A stretch of 64,000 nucleotides of DNA, from contig NC_087245.1 of NCBI RefSeq assembly GCF_037042905.1, forward strand, positions 31,994,001 to 32,058,000. The letters run 5' to 3'. This DNA comes from Lytechinus pictus (Eukaryota). The position numbers and the translations under genes were made by a program. Each line of letters opens with the position of its first letter. The stretch's first letter is position 1. Below, in pieces: positions 28,101-38,588 of the stretch. The notes beneath the pieces are model-generated. The model saw nothing but the letters and a program-made list of their open reading frames with translations, did not search any database and was not told where the DNA came from.

Positions 28101-29884
28101 ATATTGGAATGGTAGTCTATTTGTTCTTAATGGTCTTCTACTCATCTTTGGGGCTTTCTTAGCCTGGGAAACTAGGAAAGTCACCGTACCCGCTTTAAAC
28201 GATTCCAAGTACATTGGTATGTATTGATTAATTTACACATTTAAATTTGAAATTATTATCAGACTATATATATATAGGTCTATAGTTGTTTTAACCATGG
28301 AGAGCCAAGTGGAGCAGTACATATCCAATTTATTAACTCATTTGACACTCATTTGTAAATTTATCAGTGCCAACAAAATGACAATATGCTAATCAAAGTT
28401 GGTCCTGAGAAAATCATAGATTATTAAAATCACAATGAGATTGTCCATAATTGGTATGAAAATTTCAAGAATTTTTTTACAACCAGTTTCTGTTAACATT
28501 TCCTATCAGACTATATATAAATAACATTTCCTATCAGACTATATATAAATTAAGTGAGATAAATCCAACAAATAATGCACATGAATTTTTCAGACATGAA
28601 AGACCTGTTCTAAATATTCAGAATTTGAATATCTTTTTTTTCAGGAATGAGTGTATATAATGTAGTGGTTCTATCCTTTGTTGGAGTACCTGTATCTCTT
28701 GTATTGGATGATGTCAACGCTCACTACGCAATCATTGCAAACTTTGTCTTCTTCGCCACCACACTTACACTGTGCATGGTCTTCGTGCCTAAAGTGAGTT
28801 TCCATTTTCTCAAAATTAATAAATTAGTATTCATTTAATTTCTAAAATATCCCTCTGTACCTAATAAAAGTGATTTTGCTTGCTTCGTGCTCGACCAAAT
28901 ACAATGTGTGCAAGTATCCTCCCCCTCCTATATTTAGTTATCCAACACCTTAAAAAGGTTGATTTTATAATGCTTTATTTATAAATATGAGAGGGAGATG
29001 GGAAATCATCACACTCTGTACTTTTTGTAAAAGTTTGTTAATATATCTTCTTATGCTATCCCTTTCTTAGCTTCGGGTTCGCAATGAAGTAGAACCTAAA
29101 GGAACTATGTTTTCGACGATGGGTAACAGTCATAATCATCATAGCATTACCGAACCTGAATCAAATAAGAAGATAAGGATGCTGAGTGACAGGATTGAAA
29201 ACTTACAGGATCGCCTGGATAAGGTAGGTTTAAAAAAATAAGTCGCCAGGGATTGTTCTATGTAAATTGTTATTTCCGTCTTCTATGATAAAAATTACTT
29301 TATTTCAGAAGGTAGTGCCATAATTCTTCTTCATGCTGTCAAAATGACAAGTATTTGCATACTACTTGGAAATTTTATCGAGATTGCACAGGGGGGTTGT
29401 CTCATTCTTGAGTGAACCCCCAAACTTCTAAGTTTGTGGATCAAATTTGTGAAATAAGAAAATCAAAATCATTATCGGTAGTCAAGGTTCTTCACACAAC
29501 AATTTTAACTGTAAAGTAATCATGTATCATGTGAGAGAGACCCAGAGAAAAGCATGATGGGAAGATTTAATACCTAAACTCAAGAAAGACAGGCAAATTA
29601 AAAAAAAACATACAGCAAACTGGACCTTTAAACATATAATACCAACATGGGGGTGGGCTTTTATGTCTACATAATCTTGTTATTTATATTGTGGGAATTA
29701 AACTTATCCTTCACAAGAATCTTGCCCTTTTTTTTCATCATTGCAGAAAAACCATCGAATAAAGGAACTAGAGAGTTGTGTTATCCCTTCCTCTGATGGA
29801 ACCAAAGGAGAATGCAGCAGTGAACTCAGCACTGATAGGGGGGAAGAAGCACTAGAACAACCAGGTCCATCTGGACACAGATGA
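7061..29884 (+). CDS. GABBR: GABA-B receptor family class C GPCR, 5'-partial; join(7061..7162,9262..9376,14343..14491,15102..15252,16772..16933,18175..18267,21893..22043,24450..24582,27289..27396,27574..27693,28039..28216,28645..28793,29071..29223,29747..29884)
   Basis: 14 exons, all AG/GT bounded and phase-compatible, total 1902 nt (633 aa + TGA). Family motifs: [101 protein letters not shown], then a coiled coil. N-terminal exons were not found in the window. Subunit assignment is ambiguous. Confidence 0.95.
7303..8102. mobile_element. Cluster of MITEs (7303-7496, ~7502-7960, ~7996-8102)
   Basis: TIRs cacagaaa...tttctgtg (twice) and ccccaagtctg/cagacttgggg. Confidence 0.55.
9262..9376 (+). 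CDS. GABBR: GABA-B receptor exon (VFT): [39 protein letters not shown]
   Basis: cag acceptor, gtaagg donor, phase 0-1; highly conserved GABA-B motif. Confidence 0.95.
10265..10835. mobile_element. MITE with 15-bp TIRs, carrying a nested foldback MITE
   Basis: cagggtgctacataa / ttatgtagcaccctg. Confidence 0.8.
10490..10652. mobile_element. Near-perfect foldback MITE
   Basis: ~65-bp arms caggggcccgtttcataaa... / ...tttatgaaatgggcccctg; relatives at 53258-53557. Confidence 0.85.
11693..11892. mobile_element. MITE (PIF/Harbinger-like ends)
   Basis: aaggccctgtcacatcgttcctcgcaagcc / ggcttgcaaggaacgatgtgacagggcctt, ~30-bp TIRs. Confidence 0.8.
14343..14491 (+). CDS. GABBR: GABA-B receptor exon (VFT): [49 protein letters not shown]
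   Basis: tttttag acceptor, gtgagt donor, phase 1-0. Confidence 0.95.
14497..14650 (+). repeat. GA-rich simple repeat
   Basis: (GA)n-like purine tract after the donor site. Confidence 0.8.
15102..15252 (+). CDS. GABBR: GABA-B receptor exon (VFT): [50 protein letters not shown]
   Basis: tag acceptor, gtgagt donor, phase 0-1. Confidence 0.95.
16142..16412. mobile_element. MITE, same family as 52260-52537
   Basis: cagggccccgtcttacaa / ttgtaagacggggccctg. Confidence 0.8.
16772..16933 (+). CDS. GABBR: GABA-B receptor exon (VFT): [53 protein letters not shown]
   Basis: cctcag acceptor, gtgagt donor, phase 1-1. Confidence 0.95.
18175..18267 (+). CDS. GABBR: GABA-B receptor exon: [30 protein letters not shown]
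   Basis: acag acceptor, gtgaga donor, phase 1-1. Confidence 0.9.
18930..19200 (+). repeat. CT-rich low-complexity tract
   Basis: (CCT)n and (TTC)n-like runs. Confidence 0.75.
20790..21055 (+). mobile_element. Degraded HINE-like fragment
   Basis: Repeat unit remnant plus the 3' end aaagtcagcactg...atgcaggcaagaatgccagaggc. Confidence 0.65.
21318..21678. mobile_element. MITE, inverted relative of 36669-37037
   Basis: gggcgattccat / atggaattgccc. Confidence 0.7.
21701..21775 (+). repeat. Perfect 37-bp tandem duplication
   Basis: tgacgtgatcgagtttcttttagggtcaatgtagtgc x2. Confidence 0.9.
21893..22043 (+). CDS. GABBR: GABA-B receptor exon (stalk + TM1): [50 protein letters not shown]
   Basis: acag acceptor, gtgagt donor, phase 1-2. 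Confidence 0.95.
24450..24582 (+). CDS. GABBR: GABA-B receptor exon (TM2): [44 protein letters not shown]
   Basis: taag acceptor, gtaagt donor, phase 2-0. Confidence 0.95.
27289..27396 (+). CDS. GABBR: GABA-B receptor exon (TM3/ICL2): [36 protein letters not shown]
   Basis: acag acceptor, gtgagt donor, phase 0-0. Confidence 0.95.
27574..27693 (+). CDS. GABBR: GABA-B receptor exon (TM4): [40 protein letters not shown]
   Basis: ttttaag acceptor, gtaagc donor, phase 0-0. Confidence 0.93.
28039..28216 (+). CDS. GABBR: GABA-B receptor exon (ECL2/TM5/ICL3): [59 protein letters not shown]
   Basis: gtag acceptor, gtatgt donor, phase 0-1. Confidence 0.95.
28645..28793 (+). CDS. GABBR: GABA-B receptor exon (TM6-TM7): [49 protein letters not shown]
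   Basis: ttttcag acceptor, gtgagt donor, phase 1-0. Confidence 0.95.
29071..29223 (+). CDS. GABBR: GABA-B receptor exon (C-tail, start of coiled coil): [51 protein letters not shown]
   Basis: cttag acceptor, gtaggt donor, open frame, phase 0-0, heptad pattern. Confidence 0.88.
29747..29884 (+). CDS. GABBR: GABA-B receptor last coding exon: [45 protein letters not shown]
   Basis: ttgcag acceptor, continues the coiled coil, TGA at 29882-29884. AATAAA at 30142 and 30243. Confidence 0.85.
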   Translation, partial: KNHRIKELESCVIPSSDGTKGECSSELSTDRGEEALEQPGPSGHR

Positions 29885-30913
29885 GAGTTGCTGCCCTCAC
29901 ACGTTTTCACCATTATACCAACAAATTAAAGGAACATTATCAGCTGTTTTCATGGGGACTTTTGGATGTAGATGTCATATAAGCCCACTAAAAATTACCT
30001 CTACTTATCCTGACAAATTTCAAGACGCGAAGGATTTTCTTTTTTTTGTACATATGCTTTTAATCATTGGAAAATTTGTGATAGACAATGCAGATCAAAG
30101 TAAACAATTGTTTTCATAATTTATATATTTGGTTGAAAAGGAATAAATGTTTCTAAATATTGTATGAGCACAAATTACTTGATATAATCTGACTACTTCA
30201 GACATAAAAACTATACTACCGTACTTTCCACTTTGAATGCTGAATAAATTTTGTAGAATTTCATGTTATCTTCTTTAATTAAGGATTTAACTGATTATAT
30301 GTGAGTCTAAATAATGTCAGGACTTTATTTGGTCTCATAAATATTTAATTAAACCACACTTCTGTAAGCTTTCTTACAAACATCCATAATTTCATTCTCG
30401 TCAGAAAGCTTATAAAAGGTTCCATATCAGAATTAACAAAAACCACCCTTGTTTCACTTTTGTTGAAATTTCCTCCCTCATAGACATTGTGTACACTAAG
30501 GGTGTATATATTTAGGAATAAGTAACCCCGTATTTAATATTGTGGAACTTTTTTTTTTCAAATCTATCTTTGGTAGAAATGTTTATCAACTTGTGGGCAG
30601 AAATTTATGGACAGGTGAGCACGCATCGAAGTGGGGAAAGGGTTATAAATTAAATAATGGGGGCAAATTTGGTTGTACTTTTTACACTTTCATGGTTAAG
30701 CGAGCACACTCAAAAACTTATTTACACTCTTTTTTCTACTGTGTGTGTAGTAATTGAGACAAATCCTTGTGTATTTACTTGTGAATGCCAAAACTATAGA
30801 AAATTTCACTTCTTTCCCCCTTTTTTTCTGATGGAGAGGCCACCTAGATTAAAACTGTAAAATGCAATGTTGACATCACCACACTTTATATAATGTATAT
30901 GTCCTCTGTTTTT

Positions 30914-31878
30914 GTCTCACCTGCATAGCAGAGTGAGACTATAGGCGCCGCTTTTCCGACGGCGACGGCGGCGGCGGCGGCGGCGGCGGCGTCAACACCA
31001 AATCTTAACCTGAGGTTAAGTTTTTGAAATGACAGCATAACTTAGAAAGTATATGGACCTAGTTCATGAAACTTGGCCATAAGGTTAATCAAGTATTACT
31101 GAACATCCTGCCTGAGTTTCATGTCACATGACCAAGGTCAAAGGTCATTTAGGGTCAATGAACTTAGACCATGTTGGGGGAATCAACATCAAAATCTTAA
31201 CCTAAGGTTAAGTTTTTGAAATGTCATCATAACTTAGAAAATATATGGACCTAGTTCATGAAACTTATACATAAGGTTAATCAAGTATCACTGAACATCC
31301 TGCATGAGTTTCACGTCACATGACCAAGGTCAAAGGTCATTTAGGGTCAATGAACTTTGGCCGAATTGGGGGTATCTGTTGAATTACCATCATAACTTTG
31401 AAAGTTTATGGATCTGATTCATGAAACTTGGACATAATAGTAATCAAGTATTACTGAACATCCTGTGCAAGTTTCAGGTCACATGATCAAGGTCAAAGGT
31501 CATTTAGGGTCAATGAACTTTGGCCAAATTGGGGTATTTGTTGAATTACAGCCATAAATTTGAAAGTGTGTTGGTCTAGTTCATAAAACTTGGACATAAT
31601 AGTAATCAAGTATCACTGAACATCCTGTGCGAGTTTCAGGTCACATGATCAAGGTCAAAGGTCATGTAAGGTCAAAGAACTTTGGCCACGTTGGGGGTAT
31701 TTGTTGAATTGCCATCATATCTCTATAAGTGTATTGGTCTAGTTCATAAAACGTGGAAATAAGAGTAACCAAGTATCACTGAACATCTTGTGCGAGTTAT
31801 AGTAGTTTTCAAAATCAGCACTGCTGCTATATTGAATCGCGTGATGCAGGTGAGACGGCCAGAGGCATTCCACTTGTT
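30914..31878 (+). mobile_element. Helentron-associated (HINE/DINE-1/pearl-like) element with internal ~180-bp tandem repeats
   Basis: Subterminal inverted repeats gtctcacctgcat / atgcaggtgagac, (GGC)n microsatellite, repeated 'ggtcaaaggtcatttagggtcaatgaac' units, inserted in a T run. Confidence 0.85.
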
Positions 31879-34800
31879 ATACACTATAATGTGACGGTAG
31901 AATTTTTATTCCCATAAGATTGATTGTATCAAACGAACTGAACTATCTAGTTTCAATCAGGCAGCCCCATTTTGATGGGCAAATAAGGCGGATATATTCT
32001 CACATTTCCACTTACCCCTTGAATCCCTGTGGTTTGTGGTGCTGCTGAAGATAGTGGTTATGGTTTTATGGGTGACCCTGGAGAAAGAAAGAACAGATGA
32101 AGACAGGAAAAACATTGATCAATATAATGGTTAGAATGTCCAGTTTTCAGGTCTGAATATTAAAAATTGTCTATTCACGCTTCCCGTGTGCGTTAATAAG
32201 GTATTAGTGTTTTATGATAACATGTAATATCCAAAGAGTCTTCTCCCATTTTGTGTTGACATTAGAGACCTCATGGAATATCTTGCTTTAAAAACATGAA
32301 AATGTGAATCTAATCCCTTGATTGGAAACCCGGTAATGAATAAATTTTTTCCACCCCCTTTTTAGCTAGATCTGCACCTGTGGGTATACTTGACGTGTAA
32401 CAACAGGCAGGCCTATATCATTTCCAAATATGACCCCTGTAAATCAATTAAGATTGTGTGTGGGGTAGAGGATGTGCATGTATGACAGAAAAGTGAACAA
32501 AATAAAGATATTTTTCAAAATGATTAGATGTCTGTTTTTCTTTTTTTTTTACAAAAAATATTTACTCAGTCAGGTCTGAATATAGCTCACATGATTTAAT
32601 ACACTTTGAGATATCTACATCCAAAATGTTCAACTACCGCTGTGCCCTCGAATACATGTCCTGTTTTCTGGTTAAATATACAGGAATTATTTATACACTT
32701 CATTTAAACACTAATAAACAAGCAGATGAACTATGCTGGAAATAAAAAACTCGTAACCTGGCTTTCATAAAATCTTATATATATGCATGCACGTATTCGG
32801 GAGGGGGGGCTGGTAGGAGAAGAAAAGGGGGAAAGTTTTCTCGCATCTTAATGCTTATTTAGTTACATTCTCAGGGGCGGATCGGATGCAGCTCCCGCCA
32901 ATAGAGGGGGGAGGCCCGAAATTTTTTTACCCATATTTTCCCCGATCGGCCGCTCAAAGTTGATTTTTGTTTGTTTCTTCAAAGGGGTTGTCTCAGTGGC
33001 ACAATGAGCCAAAAAGCAATTTTTGACATGTTGATTACAAAAATCAAAGTTTGTGATAGATTTTGACATAACTTTTGAAAATTATAGGCCTATATTCCAC
33101 ACTTATCCCTTTCCTTTATTCTTATAAAACAACATAAAAATGTAATAATCTCATAAGCCCTATTTGAATAGTGCGAAGCGAGCAGAAATTTTTAATATGG
33201 GTTCTGGCTTGATCGAAAAGGGACCTGTTAAGGATGATTTGCCATTAAGACGATACATATTTCAACTTTTAGATAAAGCGCGAGCTAAAAAATTGACATT
33301 CTAAGCATTTTTTGAAATAAACGGTATAGGTATAAAACTGAACAATTGATGCGAGCGGGGAAAAAAATGACATTTCTGACCTAATAATGGGACACTCTAT
33401 TCATGCTTTGTAAATCATGATAAAGGAAGTTTCAAATGAACAAATCCTTAGCACAGATTTTGAACATCTTACAGCCCAGGACGAGTACTGTAATGTGTAT
33501 TAACTTTTATCATAATTTACTTGTGAATGCCAAAACTATAGAAAATTTCACTTCTTTCCCCCCCCCCCCCTTATTTTTCTGATGGAGAAGCCACCTAGAT
33601 TAAAACATAATTAAAACTCTGTAAAATGCAAAGTTGACATCACCACACTTTATATAATGTATATGTCCTCTGTTTTTATACACAATAATGTGACGGTAGA
33701 AAAGAGAATCTTTATTACCATAATATTGGATAGGATAGGCAGCCTCATTTGCCCCAATTTGATTTGCCCCATTTTGATGGGCAAGTAAGGCTGATATATT
33801 CTCACATTTCTAATGAATATGGAATTGTTAAATAGTTGGCCTTATTTACTCTATTATCTCACTCGGTAGGCAATGACCTTTTATTTCCACTTACCCCTTG
33901 AATCCCTGTGTTTTGTGGTGCTGCTGAAGATAGTGGTTATGGTTTTATGGGTGATCCTGGAGAGAGAAAGAACAGATGAAGGCAGGAAAACATCAATATA
34001 ATGGTTAGAATGTCCAGTTTTCAGGTCTGAATATTAAAAATGGTCTATTCACGCTTCCCGTTTGCGTTTATAAAGTTTTAGTGTTTTATGATGACATTAC
34101 AGACCTCATGGAATATCTTGCTTTAAAAACATTATAATATGAAGATCTGGTCCCTTGAGTAGAAACCAGGTAATAAATGATTTTTTCCACCACTCTTTTT
34201 GGCTAGATCCGCACCTGTGGATATACTTGACGCGTTATACCAGGCGGGCCTTTACCATCTGCCACCAAAATGGAGTGAGTGTGCGTGTATGACAAAAAAT
34301 GGTTAGAACAAAGGGTTACATGTCGGGAAGAAAAGTGAACGAAATATGTGTATTTTTCAAAAGAATTATGTCTATTAATATCATGCATATAGCATTTCAA
34401 TTTTTTTGAATGCAGGATTAAAAAAAGCACTGCTAATTAAATGCCTTGCTCATAGGTGCCGCAGCATCGGCGGATCCAGGGGCCTATCCCCCCTATTGGC
34501 GGAGCAAAAGGAAACGAGTAAGATGAGGGGAAGATTTGGAAAATAAAACAAATCTTTCATGCCACGATATTAAAATAAAATATTTACAATAAAAAAACAC
34601 ATACCAGTGACCATTAAAGAAAAAAAAATTATATGTTTAAAAATGCAATAACAGTATAACAAGAAATTGAATGAGCAGATGCATGTAATAAGACATATTT
34701 TATTTATATATATATATAAAAAAAGGCAAGCAGGTGACATAGAAAAAACAGAAAAGAAAGTGACATGATGGCAATCATAATAGGAGAGAGAGGGAGGGAG

Positions 34801-36668
34801 ACAGAAAGAGAGAAATAAAAAGGTCAGACAGAATCTGAAAAGAGGACATCATATCTAATCATATAGGTTACGTAAGTACCATCATGGTAAGTACACAAGA
34901 CATTACATAGAAAAAAAAAGATAAGCAGCAATTATGAATACTGGTCAGACACCAATTGAAAGGGACAAATGGCAGAAATAAACCATTAATGATTTGCATT
35001 ACTGATTTACATTCACCTGTTAGGAGATTTAGAATACATATCTTGTTCAATATGGAGCTTGAATATCAAGTTTGGAAGTCAATTTACAAAACATATTTCA
35101 CCTCGAAAATCAAACTTTCATTATTTTGTGTGATTTACAAATTGATTTTTAAAAAGTACTCTGTAAAAATGTCAGTTTTATGGTCTGAATATTAACATTG
35201 CGCGCTCGCAAATTTTGATTTATCAGGTACCTATTAATTTTGTTTATTCCATAAAGTTTTCAAAATCTCCCTTTTCAGGTCTGATTGTCAAAACGTATCA
35301 CCTAGCTCTGAACGCTCGCATTTTTTCTAATTGGCGAGTTATGTATGTCCCAATATTGATTATACATCAAACTACTTAAAATCCCCCTTTCATGACAGTT
35401 TATCAAAAATTTCAGCTCGCGTTTTACGCTCGCATTAATGGTTAAAAATATATTAACTGATGCATCCTATTCATAATTACAAAAGTGCTTGAAATGTCCA
35501 GTTTTCAGGCCATAACAGATTTCGCGCCCTCATTTGGTATTAATAAAATTTTAATAATTAAATTGTCCCTTTTATTTCATCTCGCGCTTAGCGAGATAAA
35601 AAGGAAGATAGTCATCGTTTTTATATGATGACATGTTCTGAGAATGTCCCGGTCCTATGTCAGAACTTAAAGTAATAATGAAAAATATCAACTCTTTATA
35701 AGCGCGATCCACCTCACAATTTTCCTACAAAGTGCTTGACATAATTGACTCTTTTTCAGATCGGAATATCAAATAGTTTAAACTCGCACTCACTTTGATT
35801 TTCATAATAAAAGATGTATTCAGAATGCCTAGATTCTAGGTCTAAATATGAAACACGCGCGCGCATGTTTATTCAGATACTCAAATTGTTCTCTATTTAA
35901 ATCATTATCCAGTTTCAGATCACAATATCAATTTTTTTCTGCTCGCGCTTTGTAGGAAGATCCCCTATTACTCCTTTTCATTATTTACTAAACATGAAGA
36001 GAGTGGCCCAACTAAATCTCGAAATTTTCCGCTCGCGCTCGCATCAATTGTCTAGTTATATAACTATTCTGTTTAAGTTACAAAAAGTGCGTAGAATTTC
36101 CATTCTTTAGGTGAAAATGTCAAAAAAATTATTTGATTGTTCAAATATGTAACGTCTTCATGGCTAACTGAAAGCAGTCTTTAACAGGTACCTTTTCCAT
36201 CAGTTCATTTCTGCTCGCGCTTCGCGTTTGTAGTAATTATTTGGTTGGATACACATCTTTTTCAGGATTTTTTTTTACAAACATTGCCCAGAATGTTCAA
36301 ATTTTAGGAAAAAATATATAAATTTCCCCCAAAAAATTGGCTCGCGCTACTCGCTCGCATCATATAGATAAGGATTATGATATTATATATATTTATGTCG
36401 ATTTATAAGAATAAAGCTAAACAGTAACTATTAGGACTACCCCTTCAAAGAACAAACAAAAATCATCTTCGATCGGCCGATCTGGGAAAATATGGCTGAA
36501 ACAAACCGCCCCTGTGCAGCCAGGGATCGATCCACGGCACCTCTGCTATTAAAATATTGCCTTATGAATTCGATATACAAAACATATATTCCCTCGGTCA
36601 AGTCTAAATATAGCCCAAAAAGCCTCACATGATTTAATGTGAGGTAAGTTTCGACAAAAAAATATTTA

Positions 36669-37037
36669 GGGCGATTCCATGCTTAGAAAAATCAGCCATT
36701 TTCACAACATTTTTCATCCTGCTGTCTGAACAAATGAGAAACTTCAATTTGTTTTATGGTAATAATAAAGGTCTATGGGGTAGTCATGTAAAAATATGAC
36801 AACCAACAAATATATGTTGTCCATGGGTGAATTAGAGATGAAAATGTTGCGTGGATGTCGTACGACACACAACATTTTTACCTTTAATTCACCCATAATC
36901 AAACATTTTTTGTTGGTTATCATTTTTTCACATGACTACCCCCTATAACTTTACACTGACAAATAAGAAAACTTTTATCAGCTAAGAGACTGGAAATTGT
37001 TGTCGAAATGTACCGTACGACACGTATGGAAGCGCCC
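36669..37037. mobile_element. TA-flanked MITE
   Basis: ta|gggcgattccat ... atggaagcgccc|ta; absent from the paralogous segment at ~32600. Confidence 0.75.
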
Positions 37038-38426
37038 TATATCTATTATCAAAATTTTCAACTACCGCTGTGCACTCGCATACATTTTATTTTTAAAGTG
37101 TTTAAAATGTCCCGTTTTCTGGTTGATTATATAAAGTTTATACAGGAATTATTTTTACACTTCATTAAAACACTATAAAACAAGTGGATGAACTATGCTG
37201 GAAGTAAAAAGCTCATAACCTGGCTTTCATTAAATCTTCTGAATTATTTATCATATGCGTGCGCGTATTCTGGGGGGGGGGGGGCTTTTGGGGCCAGGGC
37301 CCCCTGGGTAGGAGAAGAAAAGGGGGAAAGAAAGATAGAAGGAAAAAAAAGAGGGGGGGGTACCGAATTGATTCTCGCATCTTCATGCTTAGTTACGTGT
37401 AGATGCCCATCCTATTCATGATTACCAAAAGTGCCTAGAAAGTCAAAATTTTAGGTCAGAATATCAAAATTTTCATCTAGCTCTTTAATATTCATGTAAC
37501 ATTAATGTAAGGAAGATCCCCAATAACTCATCCTTTTCATGATTTACAAAACACGAATAGAGTGTCTCGTTCAATAAGACTAAATCTCGAAATTTTCCGC
37601 TCGCGCTCGCATCAATTGTTTATTTATATACCTATTGATCTGTTTAAGTTACAAAAAGTGATTACCTAAAGTGCTTAGAAAGTCCTAATTTTAGGTCAGA
37701 ATATCAAAATTTTCATCTCGCTTTTCGCGCTCGCATCAATTGTTTAAGGTGACGATCCAGTTCATGGTTGGATAAAGTGCTTAAGATGTCCAACTTTGGC
37801 TCGGAAGAGCATAAATTTTCAGCCCGCGCTTTGCGCTCGCATAAAATATTTTGTTAGATACTCATCCTGTTCATGATTACCAAAAATGCTTACTCGAATG
37901 TCCAAATTCAGAAAATCATAATATAAAAAAAAAATCAGCTAGCGCTTCGCGATCGCATCAATCGTTTAAATTGGTACTCACCCTGTTCATAGTCACAAAA
38001 TGTGCTTAGAATGACAAATTTTCGGTCGGGATATCAACAAAAATTCAGCTCGCTTCGCGCTCGTATAAATTGCTTAGTTTGATACCCATCCTGTTCATGA
38101 TTACCAAAAGTGCTTAGAATTTCAACATTTTGTAGGTTAGAATATCAAAATCCACCCCTGGTAAAGATATTACAGCTCCCGCACACATAATTTCAGTAGG
38201 GCCTACCACTCTGATGAAAAGTTAACCTAAATTGAAACCCCAAAGTGCTTAAAATTCTATGCTTTTTAGTTCTGGTCGCATTTATTCTTTTCAAAAAGTG
38301 GTTTTACAACATTCATGAATTTTCCAAATTCGAGGTCAGAATATCTAAATTCTTCAGCTCGTGTTTTGCGGTCGCATCAATTGTTATCATGTCCATGGTT
38401 GCAAATGGTACTTGGAATGTCCGAAC

Positions 38427-38588
38427 TAGTCTGCTGGGCAAACCCTTCACTCGAGTTAAGGGTCTGAATGTGCAGCCTACTCATGCCTTGTGTACTGAAT
38501 TGGAACATCAAGTTTTGTATGTGCTAGTCTTTGCGTGGAGGCATACTTATTGATCAAAGTTCCAATCAGGGTCTGTGCCTGCAGACTA
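38427..38588 (+). mobile_element. Short TAG...CTA-ended DNA element with a 9-bp TSD (other copies 14656-14813, 58602-58750)
   Basis: TGTCCGAAC|TAGTCTGC ... GCAGACTA|TGTCCGAAC. Confidence 0.8.

Larger units (their letters stand above)
30773..37391 (+). repeat. Local tandem duplication: copy A 30773-32857, copy B 33515-37391
   Basis: Collinear diverged blocks (e.g. tgtgaatgccaaaactatagaaaatttcac; gatgaactatgctggaa), each copy with its own insertions. Confidence 0.85.

Noticed and set aside
31000..31800. CRISPR-like periodic repeats
   Set aside because: Whole ~180-bp units are repeated with no unique spacers, there are no cas genes and the context is eukaryotic.
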